Shown here: positions 60,306 to 64,000 of the stretch, in pieces
How the letters are laid out: each line of letters starts with the position of its first letter
Position numbering within the stretch: position 1 is the stretch's first letter
The notes under the pieces: model-generated
The model's input: the letters and a program-made list of their open reading frames with translations, nothing else
Databases searched by the model: none
What the model was told of the DNA's origin: nothing
Origin: an uncultured Gemmataceae bacterium
GTDB taxonomy: Bacteria > Planctomycetota > Planctomycetia > Gemmatales > Gemmataceae
NCBI GenBank assembly: GCA_963750165.1
Contig: CAVVPN010000003.1
Location: forward strand, 2,944,001 to 3,008,000
Direction of reading: 5' to 3'
DNA: 64,000 nucleotides
Position numbers and translations under genes: made by a program

Positions 60306-62424
60306 ATGACCCAGCACCCCGCCGACCTGAACTTGCTGTACGGCATCCTCGCCCTGCAACTGGATTTCATCAACCGCGACCAACTCGTCGCCGCCATGAA
60401 CGCCTGGGTGCTGGACAAAAGCCAACCCCTCGGCGCCATCCTCGTGGGCCAGCAAGCGCTCGCTCCCGAGCGACACACCCTGCTGCAAGCGCTGGTGCAG
60501 GAACACCTCAAGCAGCACCACCACGACCCGCAGCAGAGTCTGGCAGCGCTCAGCTCGGTTGCGTACGTCCAGCGCGACCTGCAACAGATCGCCGACGCCG
60601 AGGTGCAGGCCAGCCTGGGCCACGTCGCCAGCGCCTCCGCCGCCGGCGAACGATCCGAACGCCACCGCTCCCCACGTCGTGGGCAGGCCGACCGCCGCGG
60701 GCGCACGCTTTCGCATCCTGCGGCCCCACGCCAAGGGCGGCCTCGGCGAAGTCTTCGTGGCCCACGACGAGGAACTGCACCGCGAAGTGGCCCTCAAGGA
60801 GATCCAGACGCAACACGCCGATCACCCGGACAGCCGGACGCGCTTCGTGCTGGAAGCGGAAATCACCGGCGGTCTGGAACATCCCGGCATCGTGCCGGTG
60901 TACGGCCTGGGCCAGTACGCCGACGGCAGGCCGTTTTACGCCATGCGCTTCATCCGGGGCGACAGCCTGAAAACGGCCTGCGAGCGCTTTCACCAGGCGG
61001 ACGTGCCGGGGCGCGATCCGGGACAGCGGACGCTGGAACTGCGGCAACTGCTGGGCCGGTTGATCGACGTGTGCCAGGCCATGCAGTACGCCCATGACCG
61101 CGGCGTCCTGCACCGCGATTTGAAGCCGGGCAACATCATGCTCGGCAAGTACGGCGAAACGCTGGTGGTCGATTGGGGGCTGGCCAAGGCGCTGGGCAAA
61201 TTTTCGGAGCCGGAAGCGTCCGCGACGGTAGCCGAGGAACCCACGCTCCGGCCCACGTCCGCCAGCAGCGCCGGGCAGACCCTGTACGGCTCGGCCCTGG
61301 GCACGCCCGCCTACATGAGTCCGGAGCAAGCCGCCGGACGCCTGGATCAGCTGGGACCGGCCAGCGACGTCTACAGTCTCGGGGCGACGCTGTATTTCCT
61401 GCTGACCGGCAGAGCCCCGTTCGCGAAACGCGAGGACGGCGAGATGCTGCAGCGTGTGCAGCGTGGCGACTTTCCGCAGCCGCGTCAGGTCAAGGCCGCG
61501 GTGCCGCCGGCCCTGGAGGCGATTTGCCTGAAGGCCATGGCGCTGGCGCCGGCCCACCGTTATGGCAGCCCGCGGCAGCTGGCCAGTGACCTGGAGCACT
61601 GGTTGGCCGACGAGCCGGTGAGCGCCTGGCCCGAGCCGTGGACGGTGCGCACGCGGCGCTGGGTGGGCCGGCATCGCACGCAGGTAACAGCGACGGCGGC
61701 GGCGCTGGTGGTGGCCCTGGTCGCGGCGACGGTGGGGGCCATCTGGTATCAGCATGAGCAAGCACAACGGGAGGCGGAGCAGGCCCGGCTCGCTGCCGAG
61801 GAGAAGCAGCGGCAGGCCGAGTTGGCGGTGCGAAAGGAATACGCCAACAAGGAGGTGGGCACGGCCCTGACGGCGGCGGACGACAAACTGCGGAAGTTGC
61901 GGCAGCAGATCGACGATCCGAAAAACGTGCAGGAGTTGTTGAGTGAACCGGACAAATGGCACGACCAGTTGCAGGCGGCGCGAGCGGACTGGCAGCAGGC
62001 GCAAAAGCTGGCGGCGGGCAATGAGGGGTTGTTGGAGTCGCGCTGGACGGCGGCGTTGTGGCGGCTGAAGGAGCGTCTGGAGTGGGAGGAATCGGGGTAT
62101 GATTTGGCGAATAAGTTCGTCGGCGTGCGCTTGCGGGCTTCGACCTCGGTGGAAGGCAAGGTCGATTTTCGGGTGGCGGCTTGGGAATATCCCAAGGTGT
62201 TTGCGGCAGTTGGCCTGGAGGTAAAGGCGGGGGAGGAAGCCGCGCTTGCAGCACGCATCCAGGCTTCCCCGGCGCGGCCGGCGCTGGTGGCGGCGCTGGA
62301 CCACTGGGCAGCGGTTGAGAAAAATAGGGCATTACAAGATCGGTTGCTGGCCGTTGCCCAGCAAGTCGACCCGAAACCCTGGCGGGAGCGCGTGCGGGAC
62401 TGGAACAGCTTTATCCCACCTTGA
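60306..62424 (+). pseudogene. Serine/threonine protein kinase, N-terminal part (apparent frameshift ~60640; C-terminus interrupted)
   Basis: DLNLLYGILALQLDFI N-terminus; HAKGGLGEV, VALKEI, HRDLKPGN, DWGLAK, GTPAYMSPEQ; TM segment. Ends abruptly at IS remnant. Confidence 0.8.
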
Positions 62425-62439
62425 AACATAGAAAAACCA

Positions 62440-62745
62440 CTACTGGGGCTGGCCGAGGAGGACTTGGACGAGGAAATCGTCGTCCCAGCCGGCTTGGTGG
62501 TAGTGCCGCTCCTCGGTGCGGCCTTGCCCCAGGTCGAGCGTGTGGCGGTAGCGGTGCTCGGTGCCCGCGAAGTCCTCCTCCAGCCCGCCGAGGAGGACCT
62601 GTTGGACACCGGCGTACAGCGTCGGCTGGTTCTCCTTCACGGCAAGCACGTAGTCGGCCCCGGCCACGACGACCGCGGCGGCGATTTTCTTCCGACAGCC
62701 CAGGGCGTCGATGGTGGCCAGGGCGCCATGCGGGGCGAGGAGCTT
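62440..62745 (-). mobile_element. Internally deleted ISAs1-family transposase remnant
   Basis: Minus strand reads HGALATIDALGCRKKIAAAVVVAGADYVLAVKENQPTL...GQGRTEER, joined directly to the terminal AGWDDDFLVQVL motif. Confidence 0.8.
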
Positions 62746-62759
62746 GACAAGCAGCCCTG

Positions 62760-63963
62760 GCAGTTCGTCCCAGCAGCGGGCCAGGCCAATTCAACCTCGG
62801 CGTTGCCCTTTATTGGAGCAAGGACCTGCCCGGGGCCATCCACCACCACCGCGCCGTCGAAATCGACCCCGAATTCGCCAAGGGCCACGTTAGCCTTGGT
62901 GTTGTCCTGCGTGACAACAAGAACCTGCCCGGGGCCATCCACCACCGCCGCGCCGTCGAAATCGACCCCAAATACGCCCCGGCCCACATCAACCTCGGCC
63001 TCACCCTGCTTCAACAGGGACAGTTTGCCGAAGCCCACGATGCCACCCCGCCAGGCCTTGAAATTACTCCCTCCTGGCGACCCCCTGGAAAAGGCCGCCC
63101 AGCAACGGTTAAAGCTCTGCGAACAACTCCTGGCCGTGGAGGCCAGGGTCAACGCCTACCTCGACAAGGGCGAGGCTCCCACCCAGCCCAAAGAACTGGG
63201 GGAACTGATCGACCTGTGTACCAGGTACAAGCACTACCACGCCACCGCGGCCGATCTTTTCCTGCTCCTGTTCAAAGCGCAACCGGCCGTGGCCGACAAC
63301 CTGGACAGCGGCTACCGCTTCCGGGCCGCGCTCTCCGCCGCGCTGGCCGCCGCGGGGCAGAGCCGCGAACCTGGTGGAAAACTCTCCGACGAGGCCCAGG
63401 CCAAAAAGCGTGCCCAGGCCCTGACCTGGCTGCAAGCCGATTTGCAGCAGTGGCGCCAACGCTTCGCCGCCCGCGACCCCAAAGCGCTGCCCGGCTTGCT
63501 GACCCGCCTGCCCACCTGGCAAAAGGAGCCAGCGTTTGCCCACGTCCGCGATCCCAACTCATTAGCCAAACTGCCCGCGGAGGTGCACAAGGACTGGGCC
63601 AGGCTCTGGGCCGACGTGGAGCAACTCGGCAAGGACATCGCCGCCCATGTCCACACCGAGCGCTTCCCCGGCACCTTGACCGCCCAGATCAAGGAACAGC
63701 CCCACCAGGTAACATGGCAAGCCGGCAAAACTTGCCTCATCGACCTGGAAAGCAGCGCGTTCGACACCGTGTTGCGCCTGCACGACGCCAAGGGCAAACT
63801 GCTGGCCGAGAACGACGACATCGTTCCCGGCGTCAACCTGCATTCCCGGCTGATCTTCACGCCGAAGGAAGACGGCACCTATCGCCTGGTCGCCACGTCC
63901 TTCGAGCAGCGCGGCAGCGGGGCGTACACGTTGACCATTCGCTCCTTTGTGGAAAAGCAATAG
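62760..63963 (+). pseudogene. TPR + PPC-domain C-terminal part, probably of the disrupted kinase
   Basis: Frameshifted TPR repeats (AVEIDPEFAKGHVSLG, AVEIDPKYAPAHINLG), then AALSAALAAAG...QALTWLQADL and PPC-like LESSAFDTVLRL...ENDD...DGTYRLVATS. Confidence 0.7.
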
Positions 63964-64000
63964 CCCGCGACCTCGATCCCCGGATGAGCCGGGATCCTGC

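Overview
GC-rich bacterial DNA with a clear Planctomycetota (Gemmataceae-like) signature: three DUF1559 prepilin/H-X9-DG genes, DUF1501, a PVC-type CxxCH protein, LExLExR-type N-terminal export motifs, a Ser/Thr kinase and an ECF sigma factor. From left to right the window holds: (1) a multidomain heme/copper redox protein; (2) an exopolysaccharide/capsule locus (four GT4 transferases, O-antigen-ligase-like TPR protein, Wza-like, Wzc-like, CpsB-type phosphatase, WecA/MraY-type transferase, NusG/RfaH-type paralog), interrupted by a DUF1559 cassette and two beta-helix proteins; (3) a 5.25-kaa secreted protein with cohesin-like and dockerin-like modules, followed by a small PEP-CTERM protein with a cohesin-like body and bracketed by DUF1559+lipoprotein cassettes; (4) two TPR-like proteins, rnpB, ClpS, TetR, WD40 and DUF1501; (5) a small protein/retropepsin pair, an intact ISKra4-family IS with 9-bp target duplication, and a kinase-TPR-PPC gene broken by an ISAs1 remnant. 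Intergenic regions carry several REP-like palindrome families. At least six single-base frameshifts, several in homopolymers, suggest sequencing indels rather than true pseudogenes. The best candidate for an undescribed system is a non-cellulosomal cohesin-dockerin surface scaffold anchored by a PEP-CTERM cohesin. All domain calls are from motifs read by eye; no database searches were run.
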